In this document: positions 43,128 through 51,888 of the stretch, piece by piece | Layout of the letters: every line of letters begins with the position of its first letter | Position numbering within the stretch: position 1 is the first letter of the stretch | Source: a virus | Length of the DNA stretch: 64,000 bases | Reading direction: 5' to 3' (one strand) | Virus record (IMG/VR): IMGVR_UViG_3300042934_001067 | Span: 1 to 64,000 of that record | Notes under the pieces: generated by a model | Databases searched by the model: none | The model's input: only the letters and a program-made list of their open reading frames with translations | What the model was told of the DNA's origin: nothing | Program-made: the position numbers and the translations under genes

Positions 43128-44300
43128 CTACTCGAACAGGCTCGCGCCGTGCTGGAAGTGGGTCGGGATGTTCCAGTCCCGCCGCTCGGGCGAGGTGTGG
43201 GCGGGCTCGGCGTGGGAGAAGCCGTGCCCGGCCGGGTCGGTCGGCAGCGGCGCCTGGCCGGTGCCGTGGCCGGTGTCGGCGTGGGAGAACCCGGAGGGCA
43301 CCGGCGGCCGGTAGTGCTCGGAGGCGCCCGGCCCGGCCAGGTTCGCGTCCCACTTCTCGCTCATCTCGCCCCTTGCCTTGTCGAAGCCGGACAGCAGGTC
43401 GTCCGACGCGTGCTGGGTGGTGTACTCGGGGGACGCGCCCGGAGCGGCGGCGTTCGCGTCCCACTTCTTGTCCATCTCGTGCTTCGCGTCGTCGAAGCCG
43501 TGGAGCAGCTCGTGCGACGCTGCCGGGGGCTCCGGGTGCGTCGCGGGCGCGAAGGTGCTCGGGGCCGCGTCGGGTCCGTGCCGCCACCAGTCCTTCAGGC
43601 GCTGGTAGAAGCCCGCCACGGTGGGCTCCAGCGACGCCGTGGCGGTCGTGGCCGCCGCCGGGTTCGTCCGCCCCTCCAGGTCGTCCAGACGCCGGTTGAC
43701 CTCGTCGAAGGTGCCCGTGCCACCAGCGGCGCCCGGGTCAGCCGCCGGACGTCCTGCACTCTCGGGAAGCGCCTTCGGCATCCCGCCCGGCCTCCAGTGC
43801 TTGGCCCGGTCCGTGATCGGGCCGTCGGCCGCGCCGCCCCACGACTCGTACGCCAGCGGATAGGCATCCGCGTGCTTGCGCACGGCCTCGGTGGCCAGCT
43901 TCAGGCAGGTGGCCATCGGCACGCTGGGGTTCTCCCGGGCGGCCGTCGCCGCCAGATGCGCCACGGCCGCGTCCATGCCCCGCTCCTGAGCGGCCGTCAC
44001 CGCCCGTCGCGCGGCCGTCTTCTGCGCGGCCTCCTTCTTCGCGGTGGACAGCAGCTGCCAGCGGCGGGTCAGGTCGGCGGTCAGCTCGGCGACCGGGTAG
44101 CCACGCAGGCTGGCCACCGCCTGCAGCTGGGACTCGGCCAGCGCCAGACGGTTGGCCAGGTCGATGTCGTTGGCCGCCAGGTAGACGAACTGGCCTACCA
44201 GGCGCTCGGTGTCGGCCAGCGCGGCCGTACGGGCCAGCTCGCGCCGTTCCGCGTTGAGGTCGGCGCTTGCGCCGTCCCACATCAGGTCGGAAGTGTCCAT
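43128..44300 (-). CDS. Internal-head protein with tandem repeat
   Basis: 390 aa; RTA/KTA/VTA motifs; duplicated LLxGFDxAxxEMxxKWDANxAxPGAS. Confidence 0.65.
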   Translation of the reverse strand: MDTSDLMWDGASADLNAERRELARTAALADTERLVGQFVYLAANDIDLANRLALAESQLQAVASLRGYPVAELTADLTRRWQLLSTAKKEAAQKTAARRAVTAAQERGMDAAVAHLAATAARENPSVPMATCLKLATEAVRKHADAYPLAYESWGGAADGPITDRAKHWRPGGMPKALPESAGRPAADPGAAGGTGTFDEVNRRLDDLEGRTNPAAATTATASLEPTVAGFYQRLKDWWRHGPDAAPSTFAPATHPEPPAASHELLHGFDDAKHEMDKKWDANAAAPGASPEYTTQHASDDLLSGFDKARGEMSEKWDANLAGPGASEHYRPPVPSGFSHADTGHGTGQAPLPTDPAGHGFSHAEPAHTSPERRDWNIPTHFQHGASLFE

Positions 44301-44303
44301 GGG

Positions 44304-46517
44304 TCAGGCGCCCTTCTTCTCTTCGAGCAGGCCCGCCTGCACGCGGCGGCGGAACGCGGACGCCGTCGGCGAGAGGCCGGAGCCGGTGTTGGTCGCGGAC
44401 GCCATGCCGGTGTCGGGGATGGTCACCGGCGTGCCCTGCGGGACGGACGGCGCGGGCGGCACGACCGGCTGCCCGAACGGCTCGGCCCCGTTGTAGGGGG
44501 CGGCACCGGCGGGGGCCGCCGCGTTCTGCTGGCCGTCGAGCGGGCCGGGACGGCCGGGGCCGTTGATCGGGGTGTCACCGGTCGGCGACGGCGACGTGGA
44601 CGGGTTCGTCGTGTCCAGGTCGATGCCGGTGGCGGCCTCGACGCGCAGGTACGTCCCGTCCGTCGGCAGGACCTGGGCGGCGGCGACCTTGTGGGTCAGC
44701 TCCCGGTGCCGGGTGATCCGCTCGCCCAGGCCCGGCTCCACTTCAGCCAGCGAGGCGTGCACGGACAGCCACGCCAGCCGCTGGCTGGGCAGGTCGGTGA
44801 GCGCCGCGTAGATCCCGGCCTCCAGCTCCGGCGAGCCCGGCCGCACGACCGGCACGCCCGGCTTCCAGCGGGCCGCGTACTTGTAGCCGCGCTGGAAGTC
44901 CGGGTGGGCCATCTCCTGCTTCGAGGCGACCTTCCGGGACGCGAACGCCGGGTGCATCCGGCCGGTGCCGTTGTCGCCGCCCATCGACACCGGCACGTTC
45001 TGCGCGGGCGCGGACGGCGCCGCGTTGGTGTAGGACTGGGTGTAGGCGGGAGCGGCGTGGGCGTCACCGAAGGACGGCGCAGCGTCCGGGTTGGCGGCAT
45101 CCGCCGCGCCGCTCCCGGCCTCCTGGACGTTGCGCGGCGGCGTGGTCGCCGGGGAGTTCGCGATGTTCGGCTGCGGGAACTGGTGGGGCTGGGTCCACTG
45201 GTCGGCCTGCACCCGCCGCGAGGCGTGCGCCTGGTGGCCGCCGGAGACCTCCCCGCCCTGGTCGTAGTGGGCCTGGCCGGTCATGCCGTCGGCCTGCTCG
45301 CCCTCGTCGAGGAGCCACGGGAACGCCACGGTGGTCGGAAGCGGCGTCGTGTGCGCCTGGTTGTTGACGTCGGTGGTCTGCTGGACCTGCTGCAGCCCGG
45401 ACGCGGCCTCCTTCTTCCGGCCGGGGAACGCCGGGCCCGCCTGCTGGGTCTGCTCGGTCTCCTCCTGCGCGGGCTCGGCCTCCGGCTGCTGGGCAGGACC
45501 GCCCTGGACCGGGATGTCGGCGTAGTCGGAGTGCCCGCCCGCCCGTTCCGGCGTGGAGTTCCCCCCGGCCGGGCCCTCACCGGCGAGCGAGGAGCCGCCC
45601 TCACCCCCGCCGCCGCTTCCGCCCAGCGACGGCTCCGCGCCCGGGCCGGTCATGTTCCCGGTCTCCGAGTGCCCGCCGGGCACCTCGGGGCTGGAGTTCC
45701 CGCCGCCGTTGACGGCCTGCTGGATCGCCGGGGCCCGGCTGGAGGTCTCCGTCCCGACGACGCCCTCGTTCATGTCGTTGACCGGCGGCGCGAAGTTGTC
45801 GAAGACGTCCGGAGGCAGCGGCGTCGCCTTCTCCGTCACCCCGTCCGGGGCCGTGGTCTGCTGGATCTGGTCCAGCCCGGACGCCGCCTCGTGCACGACC
45901 GCCCGGGACCGCAGGAACGCCGCGTAGTCCACGAACACCGACTCCGCCGTGGCAGCCTGCGTGCCCAGGCTCGCCGCGACGTGCCGCGCCATGCCCTTGG
46001 CCTGCTCGGTGAACTCCTGCTCGTCCCGCACGACGTTCTCCGGCACGTTGCCGTACCACAGGGCGGCCTGCGCGACCATGCGGCCGTGGTCGAACTCGTC
46101 GTCGGCGACCTCGCTCCCCAGCCAGTCCGACTCGGTCGTCCCGCGCGCGGTCCGGGAGATGACCGGCGTCATCGCCTCCCGGATCGCGGTGTCGGCCAGG
46201 TCCGCCTCACGGTCCAGGGCGGCGGTCCGCTGGGCAGCCCGGTCGAGGTCGTCGAGCTGCTTGACGAGCTGCAGCTGCTCGTCGAACGTGGCGGCGCTCT
46301 CGATCCGCTTCAGCAGCTCGGAGCGTTGGGTGCTGGGCGACATGCTGTTCTCCTCCTGCGCGCCCGCGCGGCGCATCCGGCGGCGTACGGACTTGTCTTC
46401 GCGGGAGGGGTTGCGGCGCGCACCACGCACAGCAGGACGCATCGGCTCACGAACGGACTCGTCATCGGTCCACAGGTCGTCCAGCGCATCCCGGTCTGTG
46501 TCGTACACGCGAATCAC
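44304..46517 (-). CDS. Large internal-head / core protein (second in-frame start at 46343)
   Basis: Low-complexity 737 aa; repeated EAASGLxQxQQTT units; strong GGAGGAG RBS before MSPSTQR. Confidence 0.65.
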   Translation of the reverse strand: MIRVYDTDRDALDDLWTDDESVREPMRPAVRGARRNPSREDKSVRRRMRRAGAQEENSMSPSTQRSELLKRIESAATFDEQLQLVKQLDDLDRAAQRTAALDREADLADTAIREAMTPVISRTARGTTESDWLGSEVADDEFDHGRMVAQAALWYGNVPENVVRDEQEFTEQAKGMARHVAASLGTQAATAESVFVDYAAFLRSRAVVHEAASGLDQIQQTTAPDGVTEKATPLPPDVFDNFAPPVNDMNEGVVGTETSSRAPAIQQAVNGGGNSSPEVPGGHSETGNMTGPGAEPSLGGSGGGGEGGSSLAGEGPAGGNSTPERAGGHSDYADIPVQGGPAQQPEAEPAQEETEQTQQAGPAFPGRKKEAASGLQQVQQTTDVNNQAHTTPLPTTVAFPWLLDEGEQADGMTGQAHYDQGGEVSGGHQAHASRRVQADQWTQPHQFPQPNIANSPATTPPRNVQEAGSGAADAANPDAAPSFGDAHAAPAYTQSYTNAAPSAPAQNVPVSMGGDNGTGRMHPAFASRKVASKQEMAHPDFQRGYKYAARWKPGVPVVRPGSPELEAGIYAALTDLPSQRLAWLSVHASLAEVEPGLGERITRHRELTHKVAAAQVLPTDGTYLRVEAATGIDLDTTNPSTSPSPTGDTPINGPGRPGPLDGQQNAAAPAGAAPYNGAEPFGQPVVPPAPSVPQGTPVTIPDTGMASATNTGSGLSPTASAFRRRVQAGLLEEKKGA

Positions 46518-46525
46518 CCCTCCTT

Positions 46526-46560
46526 CCGCCCCTTGGAGGGCCGAAGGAGGGGTGAGACAG
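46526..46560 (-). promoter_or_regulatory. Late promoter motif 18
   Basis: CTGT-N22-AAGGGGCGG. Confidence 0.7.
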
Positions 46561-46580
46561 GAAGAGGGAGAGGGAGGCTG

Positions 46581-48353
46581 TCAGCGACCGCCCTTGTTCG
46601 GCAGGTGCGGTCCGATGTACCCGATCTGCACCCTGCCCGTGGGACCGGCCGTGTCGTCGTAGAAGTGCAGGCGCGGCGCCGGAGGGCCGCCGAGCCCGAT
46701 CCGCATGTGCGCGTCCATGCACACCTCGCCCAGCCCGGGCACCGCGAACATCCGCGTCCTGCGCACCCGGTGGTCGGACCCGCCGTTCTTCACCGACGTG
46801 TCCGACGCCTCATGCATCGTCTTCGGGATCAGCGCCGTGGCCTGCGGCCACTCCAGGTACGCCGTGAAGTGCGGGAGTACATCCGGCCCGTGCTCGGCCT
46901 TCGCCTGCCCGTACGCCTCCAGCGCCTCCAGCGCCTCCCATGTCCGCCGCAGCCACGTCCGGGTCTTCGTGTGCCCGTACAGCTTCTGCAGCGGCCCGTG
47001 CACGCTGTCGAGGACGACCACATGCTGCAGCAGCCCGCTGGCCAGCTCCAGCAGCTCCTGCCAGCTCTTCGGCCCCTCCGGCCGATCCGGCGCCGGATCG
47101 GCGTACGACTGGCCCGGCACCTGGGCCCGCTCCCGCCGCAGCCACGCCACCTCGCTGGTCAGCCGCTCCACCTCGGCCTCGGCTGCCTCGTGCGCAGCCC
47201 ACGCCTCCTCGGCCTGCTCCATGGCCCGCCGGGTCTCACTGGACTGCGCCTCCTCCAGGAGCCGCTTCACGGCACTCTCAGCCGCCTCCTTGAGCTGCAG
47301 CAGCTTCTGGCCGTGCTGCTGCTCGGCCGTCAGCTCACCCCGCAGCTCGGTGAGCATCAGGTTCAGCCGCTCGTTCTCCTCTTCCGCGCGCCGCTTTTCC
47401 TCCAGCAGCCGCGAGGGTGCCGGGGCGATCTGGGGCAGCGCCCAGTTCTCGTGGAAGTCCTCGATCTCGGAGCGGACCTCCCGTTCGTAGTGCACCGGCA
47501 GCCGGGAGTACCGGACGACCGCCTCGGCGATCTCCTTCCGCAGCTGCTCCACCCCGCCGCCCGGCGGCCGACGGATACTGCAGTCGGCGACCGACCATCC
47601 CTCGGGACGGGGCCGGTTCGGCACGATCACCGCGCCACCCCACGGCACCTGGACCTTCAGGTCTCCCAGCTCCGTGTTGGCCTCCTGGTCCTGGTCGCCC
47701 CACAGCAGCGTTTCCACGACCCTTCCGGTCAGGCTCGGCGGCAGCAGCTTCGCCAGCCCCGGACTGTCCTCCTCCCTGACGTCGTCGATGTGCCGCCAGT
47801 CGTGCGTCAGCACCGTGATGTACGGCGCGTACGCCGTCAGCTCGGTCAGAACGCTCTGGGTCGGAACGTTCGCGCCGAAGCTGGTGGAGTCGAGGAGCGT
47901 CATCTGCCCGGAGGCCCAGTCGCAGGTCAGAAAGGGGTCCTTCGACAGGTCGAAGAACATCTCCAGGGGCGAGGGCCACTGTTCCTGCCACGGCTGGTCG
48001 GCCTCGGCCGTCAGCATCCATTCCATGCCGATACGCACGGCGCCGGGCTGGGAGAGGGCCTTCCTCGTCAGGCTCCTGTCCGTGGCCTCGCTCTTGCTGG
48101 GACGGATCTGCAGCCGGGCCCGGATGCAGGCGCCGTCACCAGTCCTCCAGGCAGCGTCGAATCCCCACCACCAGTCGCGGCACGCTCCAGCATCGTCAGG
48201 GTTGAACTCACGCAATTGCAGGATCCGCGACTGCTGGTGCAGGTCCTCGGTCCGTGCCTGGATGGACCGGAGGAAGTTCGGAACCCGGGAGTACCCCCGG
48301 GTCGACCACACCGTGTCCGGGCGGGGCAGAAACTGGTCCTTGCGCTTCGCCAT
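46581..48353 (-). CDS. Coiled-coil protein with C-terminal RelE/ParE-like nuclease domain
   Basis: Central EEKRRAEEENERL...EAEVERLTSE coiled coil; C-terminal AHMRIG...PRLHFYDD...QIGYIGPHLPN. Confidence 0.6.
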   Translation of the reverse strand: MAKRKDQFLPRPDTVWSTRGYSRVPNFLRSIQARTEDLHQQSRILQLREFNPDDAGACRDWWWGFDAAWRTGDGACIRARLQIRPSKSEATDRSLTRKALSQPGAVRIGMEWMLTAEADQPWQEQWPSPLEMFFDLSKDPFLTCDWASGQMTLLDSTSFGANVPTQSVLTELTAYAPYITVLTHDWRHIDDVREEDSPGLAKLLPPSLTGRVVETLLWGDQDQEANTELGDLKVQVPWGGAVIVPNRPRPEGWSVADCSIRRPPGGGVEQLRKEIAEAVVRYSRLPVHYEREVRSEIEDFHENWALPQIAPAPSRLLEEKRRAEEENERLNLMLTELRGELTAEQQHGQKLLQLKEAAESAVKRLLEEAQSSETRRAMEQAEEAWAAHEAAEAEVERLTSEVAWLRRERAQVPGQSYADPAPDRPEGPKSWQELLELASGLLQHVVVLDSVHGPLQKLYGHTKTRTWLRRTWEALEALEAYGQAKAEHGPDVLPHFTAYLEWPQATALIPKTMHEASDTSVKNGGSDHRVRRTRMFAVPGLGEVCMDAHMRIGLGGPPAPRLHFYDDTAGPTGRVQIGYIGPHLPNKGGR

Positions 48354-48426
48354 GGCGATCTCCCTTTGCTGTGGCGGTAGTCAGATTGTGTCGAGAGGCA
48401 CCGACAACCACCGCCAAAGCACAGAA

Positions 48427-48972
48427 TCAGCGCATCTGGTAGCGAGATTCCGTCGGGCCGTACTGGCCCTGATAGTGGTTGCCCGCGCTCCCGTACGGCC
48501 GCTCGGGGGCGGCCGACATCGGGATCAGGCACAGCTGGGCGATCGGCATCATGCGGCGCAGCCGGATCGGGCGGCCCGACAGGTTGGCGATCTCCAGCGT
48601 GATCTGTCCGGTGAACCCGGGGTCGATGAAGCCCGCCGTCACGTGCACGGTCAGGCCCAACCGGCCCAGGGAACTCTTGCCTTCGACCCTGGCCGCCAGG
48701 TCCGGCGGCAGGGTCACGCGCTCGACGGTGCAGGCCAGGAGGAAGTCCCCCGGGTCCAGCAGCCAGCCGTCCTCGCCGATCTGGTCGAGTGCGGTGTGCC
48801 GGGGCTGGATGTCCGCGACGTCGATCTCGGCCCACTTCGGTCCGGCGAGGGTGCGCACGTACTGGTCGAGGAGCAGGTCGACCGAGGCGGGCTGTACCCG
48901 CTCGGGGTCGAACGGAGAGACGTCCAGGTCCCCTTGGGTGATGCGGTCGGTGATCTGCCAGTCGGCGAGCAT
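48427..48972 (-). CDS. dcd: dCTP deaminase
   Basis: VQPASVDLLL, EGKSSLGRLGLTVHVTAGFIDPGFTGQITLE, YQGQYGPTESR. Confidence 0.96.
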   Translation of the reverse strand: MLADWQITDRITQGDLDVSPFDPERVQPASVDLLLDQYVRTLAGPKWAEIDVADIQPRHTALDQIGEDGWLLDPGDFLLACTVERVTLPPDLAARVEGKSSLGRLGLTVHVTAGFIDPGFTGQITLEIANLSGRPIRLRRMMPIAQLCLIPMSAAPERPYGSAGNHYQGQYGPTESRYQMR

Positions 48973-48988
48973 GTGGTGGCCCCTTTCT

Positions 48989-49023
48989 CCACCCCATAGG
49001 CCCGCCGACCGGCGGAGCGACAG
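48989..49023 (-). promoter_or_regulatory. Late promoter motif 19 (dcd)
   Basis: CTGT-N22-ATGGGGTGG. Confidence 0.55.
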
Positions 49024-49034
49024 CTACCCCCGCT

Positions 49035-49517
49035 TCACGCCGCACTCCGCAGCGGCCGGGCGTGGCCGGACGCCTTCTGGTCTGCGACACCGAGGACGAC
49101 GGCGGAAGCGCACGGCCACCTCACCGTGCTGATGCCTGTCATCGTCCACAGGTCACCATCGAGGCTGATTGTGGTGCTGCGGTGCACGATCTGGCACCGC
49201 CTGCAGATCAGGCCGATGGCCCGCCCGTCGATGAACCCGGACACCGGCCGGTGTCCGAAGTCGGCGGCCGACGCGAACGGCACACCCCGGCCCGGCAGGC
49301 ACGCCAGACACGGCCGCTTCCCGGACAGGTAGTACGCGTAGTGCTCAGGCGCCCGCCGGACGGCGTAGCCGCCGAACCACGGCGCGCCGAGCGGGTAGTC
49401 GTCGGGACTGTCGCCGTCCCACAGGGCCTGCGCCGACTCCAGCGCGTGGCAGTCCTGTGTTCCGTGGTACTTCCTGCCGCCCTGCGAGTAGAACACCATG
49501 GTCAGCTCGTCAGCCAC
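49035..49517 (-). CDS. Hypothetical Cys/His protein
   Basis: KYH..DC, PCLAC, CRRC, WPC motifs. Confidence 0.6.
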   Translation of the reverse strand: MADELTMVFYSQGGRKYHGTQDCHALESAQALWDGDSPDDYPLGAPWFGGYAVRRAPEHYAYYLSGKRPCLACLPGRGVPFASAADFGHRPVSGFIDGRAIGLICRRCQIVHRSTTISLDGDLWTMTGISTVRWPCASAVVLGVADQKASGHARPLRSAA

Positions 49518-49686
49518 GGCGCTCTCCCGCCTGCGCGAGGCGCGCAGGCAGCCCCCACGGCCAGAACCACACGGTGATGGCGACGAGCCAGCCGACGAAG
49601 ATCGCCACGTCGAGGAATCCCGTGAACCAGTCTGCGGCGGCGCCAGCGGCGACTCCGGCCGCCGCGCCCCCTACAGTGCGCCACAT
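49510..49686 (-). CDS. Small Gly/Ala-rich membrane protein
   Basis: MWRTVGGAAAG..., coupled to upstream paralog-like gene. Confidence 0.55.
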   Translation of the reverse strand: MWRTVGGAAAGVAAGAAADWFTGFLDVAIFVGWLVAITVWFWPWGLPARLAQAGERRG

Positions 49687-49883
49687 CAGTCGGACCTCCC
49701 GCCGTTCATCAGCCAGATCATGGCCGCACCCAGGCCGTAGGCGATGACGTCGAAGAGCCGGGCCCATACCGCGAGCACCACTGCGGCGCCGACGAGGACG
49801 GCAACCTCGGTGCTGTCCGTGGCGGCCTGGGCGATGCCTCCACAGGCGGCACCGGCGACGAGACCTATCGGGAACCGCTTCAT
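49686..49883 (-). CDS. Small Gly/Ala-rich membrane protein
   Basis: MKRFPIGLVAGAACGG..., AAGGAG RBS. Confidence 0.6.
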   Translation of the reverse strand: MKRFPIGLVAGAACGGIAQAATDSTEVAVLVGAAVVLAVWARLFDVIAYGLGAAMIWLMNGGRSD

Positions 49884-50467
49884 GCCACGGTCTCCTTCAC
49901 CAGCGCGACGACCGGGTGCTCGGGGCAGTGCGGGACGTCCTCGACACCCACGGTCCAGCCCTCGGGCAGCGGCTCGCCGAGGAGCACGGCCGCCGTGCAC
50001 GTCGAGGTAGGAGTACCACCGCAGCGGACCCGGGGCCCGTTCTCCGGCGCCGAGCGGACCCGCCGCGAGACGAGCGGAGCACCCCCGCTGGCACGGGCGG
50101 CCTCACCGTGCAGAGCGACCAACTCGTCGGTCCACACGGTCGTGAGGTCACGAAGGTAGTCCATCTGCGCCTGCACAATCCGCACCCGGACCCGCATCGG
50201 CAGCAGCCGCCGCCAGCCACCGAGCCCGTCGTACAGGGCCTCGATCATCCGGTCGGCGTACCAGGCGATCTGACCCTGCCGGGTCTTCTTCAGCTGCTGC
50301 AGGTCCTGGCGCTGCCGGGTACGCATCCGGCGGGCGTACAGTCCCGCGATGAGGAACGCCAGATCGTCGTCGGTCATCGCGTCGAAGACCCGCTCCTGCG
50401 GGAAGAACTGCCCGTGCGGGTAGTAGACGAGCGACACGCGCCCCACGTTCTCGTTGCTGCTGTTCAT
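49880..50467 (-). CDS. Hypothetical early protein
   Basis: MNSSNENVG..., ATGA overlap. Confidence 0.6.
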   Translation of the reverse strand: MNSSNENVGRVSLVYYPHGQFFPQERVFDAMTDDDLAFLIAGLYARRMRTRQRQDLQQLKKTRQGQIAWYADRMIEALYDGLGGWRRLLPMRVRVRIVQAQMDYLRDLTTVWTDELVALHGEAARASGGAPLVSRRVRSAPENGPRVRCGGTPTSTCTAAVLLGEPLPEGWTVGVEDVPHCPEHPVVALVKETVA

Positions 50468-50988
50468 GCGACCTTCTCCTCGGTCACGGCGGTGGGGGCC
50501 TGCGCGCGCAGCTGCCGCTGGTAGGTGTTGACGACGGTCTCCCAGGGCATCCCGCACGCGCGGCTGAGGAGCTTCTCAGCCGCTGCGGCGGTGTCCGGGT
50601 CGACGCGGATCTTGCGGTGGAGGGCCTCCCGCAGGACGGCGCCCATCTGCTCGGTGCGGTCCCCACTGGTGTTCAGGTTCAGCAGGTCCAGCGGCATGTT
50701 GTCCTCGAACAGGAACAACTGGGCTCCCTGCGCGCCCCACACGCGGATCCCGCGTGCGGACAGACCGATGGCGCGCTGAGAGCGCCGGTAGTCGAGGTAG
50801 TTCGTCACCAGCGCCGTGAACGCGGGCGCCACGCCGAGCGTCCTGGCCACCTTCTGGTGGGTCCACTGCAGGCGGGTGTGACGACGGCTGGAGAAGTCGT
50901 CCAGGGCCAGACATGCCACGAACCGGTGGGCCTCCATGTCGCGGAGGCCGACGTTGTCGCGTACGGCGTGAAGGTCCGGGTGGGGCAT
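50464..50988 (-). CDS. Hypothetical early protein
   Basis: 174 aa, RBS present. Confidence 0.6.
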   Translation of the reverse strand: MPHPDLHAVRDNVGLRDMEAHRFVACLALDDFSSRRHTRLQWTHQKVARTLGVAPAFTALVTNYLDYRRSQRAIGLSARGIRVWGAQGAQLFLFEDNMPLDLLNLNTSGDRTEQMGAVLREALHRKIRVDPDTAAAAEKLLSRACGMPWETVVNTYQRQLRAQAPTAVTEEKVA

Positions 50989-51013
50989 GGCGGGTTGCCC
51001 CCCTTTCGTTCAG

Positions 51014-51268
51014 TCAGAGGGTGGAGGCCGTCAGACGGCGGCGGTAGGCGAACAGCGACGTCAGGGTGATGTTCGGCGTCCCGGGAATCAGCTCCAGCGG
51101 GCCGTCGATGCCGCGTGCGGCGTTCTTCCGGGACTTCTCCACCAGGTCGTCCATCTTCTCGGTGCTCCATCCCAGCCACTGCGCTGCCTGGTCGGGCAGC
51201 ATCGTGAAGGTTCCGATGTCGACTCCGGATGCGGAGGCGCGCTCGGAAGCAGGGCGTGGTCCAGACAT
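51014..51268 (-). CDS. Small putative DNA-binding (excisionase-like HTH) protein
   Basis: MLPDQAAQWLGWSTEKMDDLV; CCCGCCAGGAG upstream. Confidence 0.5.
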   Translation of the reverse strand: MSGPRPASERASASGVDIGTFTMLPDQAAQWLGWSTEKMDDLVEKSRKNAARGIDGPLELIPGTPNITLTSLFAYRRRLTASTL

Positions 51269-51470
51269 GGTGGATCTCCTGGCGGGTGGAGACAGACGTA
51301 ACTGATGAGCAGATGCACAGACTTGGCGGGATCTGTTCGCCTCACTCTACACGCGCCGAACACCTGGTTGAGGCATATGCAAAAAACTGACACGGCGTGT
51401 CATCCGCTGGCCAGAGGGCTGCGTGACGACGCCCCGCCCCAGAACGGGACGGGGCGTCAGCGGCATCGGA

Positions 51471-51884
51471 CTACGACGGCGCGTGCACCAGCAAGGGGGG
51501 CCCGACGCTGTCGATCCGCGCTCCGGTCCCGGTCAGGTCCGCGTCGGCCAGCAGGTCCCGCACCGTCACCGACGCATGCTGGCCGTTCGTCGGGCCCACG
51601 TCCCTCCGCCACGCCGTCAGGTCAATGAGCACCACCACGATCGTTGTCCAACCGGTGTAGTGCGAGCCGGACGGCGGCAGCATGCTCTCCACCTGATGGA
51701 CCACCGCACTCCCCGCCTCACCCGGGTACGACTCCGCCACGGCGCGCCGCAGGGGCGCCTCCAGGGCCTCGGCCGCCGCCGGAATCTGGTCCGGCCTGTC
51801 CACCTCCACCCTCACGTGGTACGCCGCCGACAACTTCCCTGTCGTCTCCTCCATGGGAGACACGCCCTTCGCCATGCCGGTCAT
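51471..51884 (-). CDS. Hypothetical early protein
   Basis: 137 aa, followed by hairpin ~51428-51458. Confidence 0.55.
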   Translation of the reverse strand: MTGMAKGVSPMEETTGKLSAAYHVRVEVDRPDQIPAAAEALEAPLRRAVAESYPGEAGSAVVHQVESMLPPSGSHYTGWTTIVVVLIDLTAWRRDVGPTNGQHASVTVRDLLADADLTGTGARIDSVGPPLLVHAPS

Positions 51885-51888
51885 CCTC

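Noticed and set aside
1-46517. Extracellular contractile injection system or tailocin
   Set aside because: Portal, protease, scaffold and major capsid genes are present, so this is a head-bearing phage; terminase is probably outside the window
43149-48380. 1743-aa plus-strand ORF and other long shadow ORFs (4465-6474, 8368-10272, 25545-28277, 26170-29658, 37650-39545)
   Set aside because: Antisense or off-frame shadows of real genes; Arg/Gly/Ala-rich, no motifs; expected at this GC content
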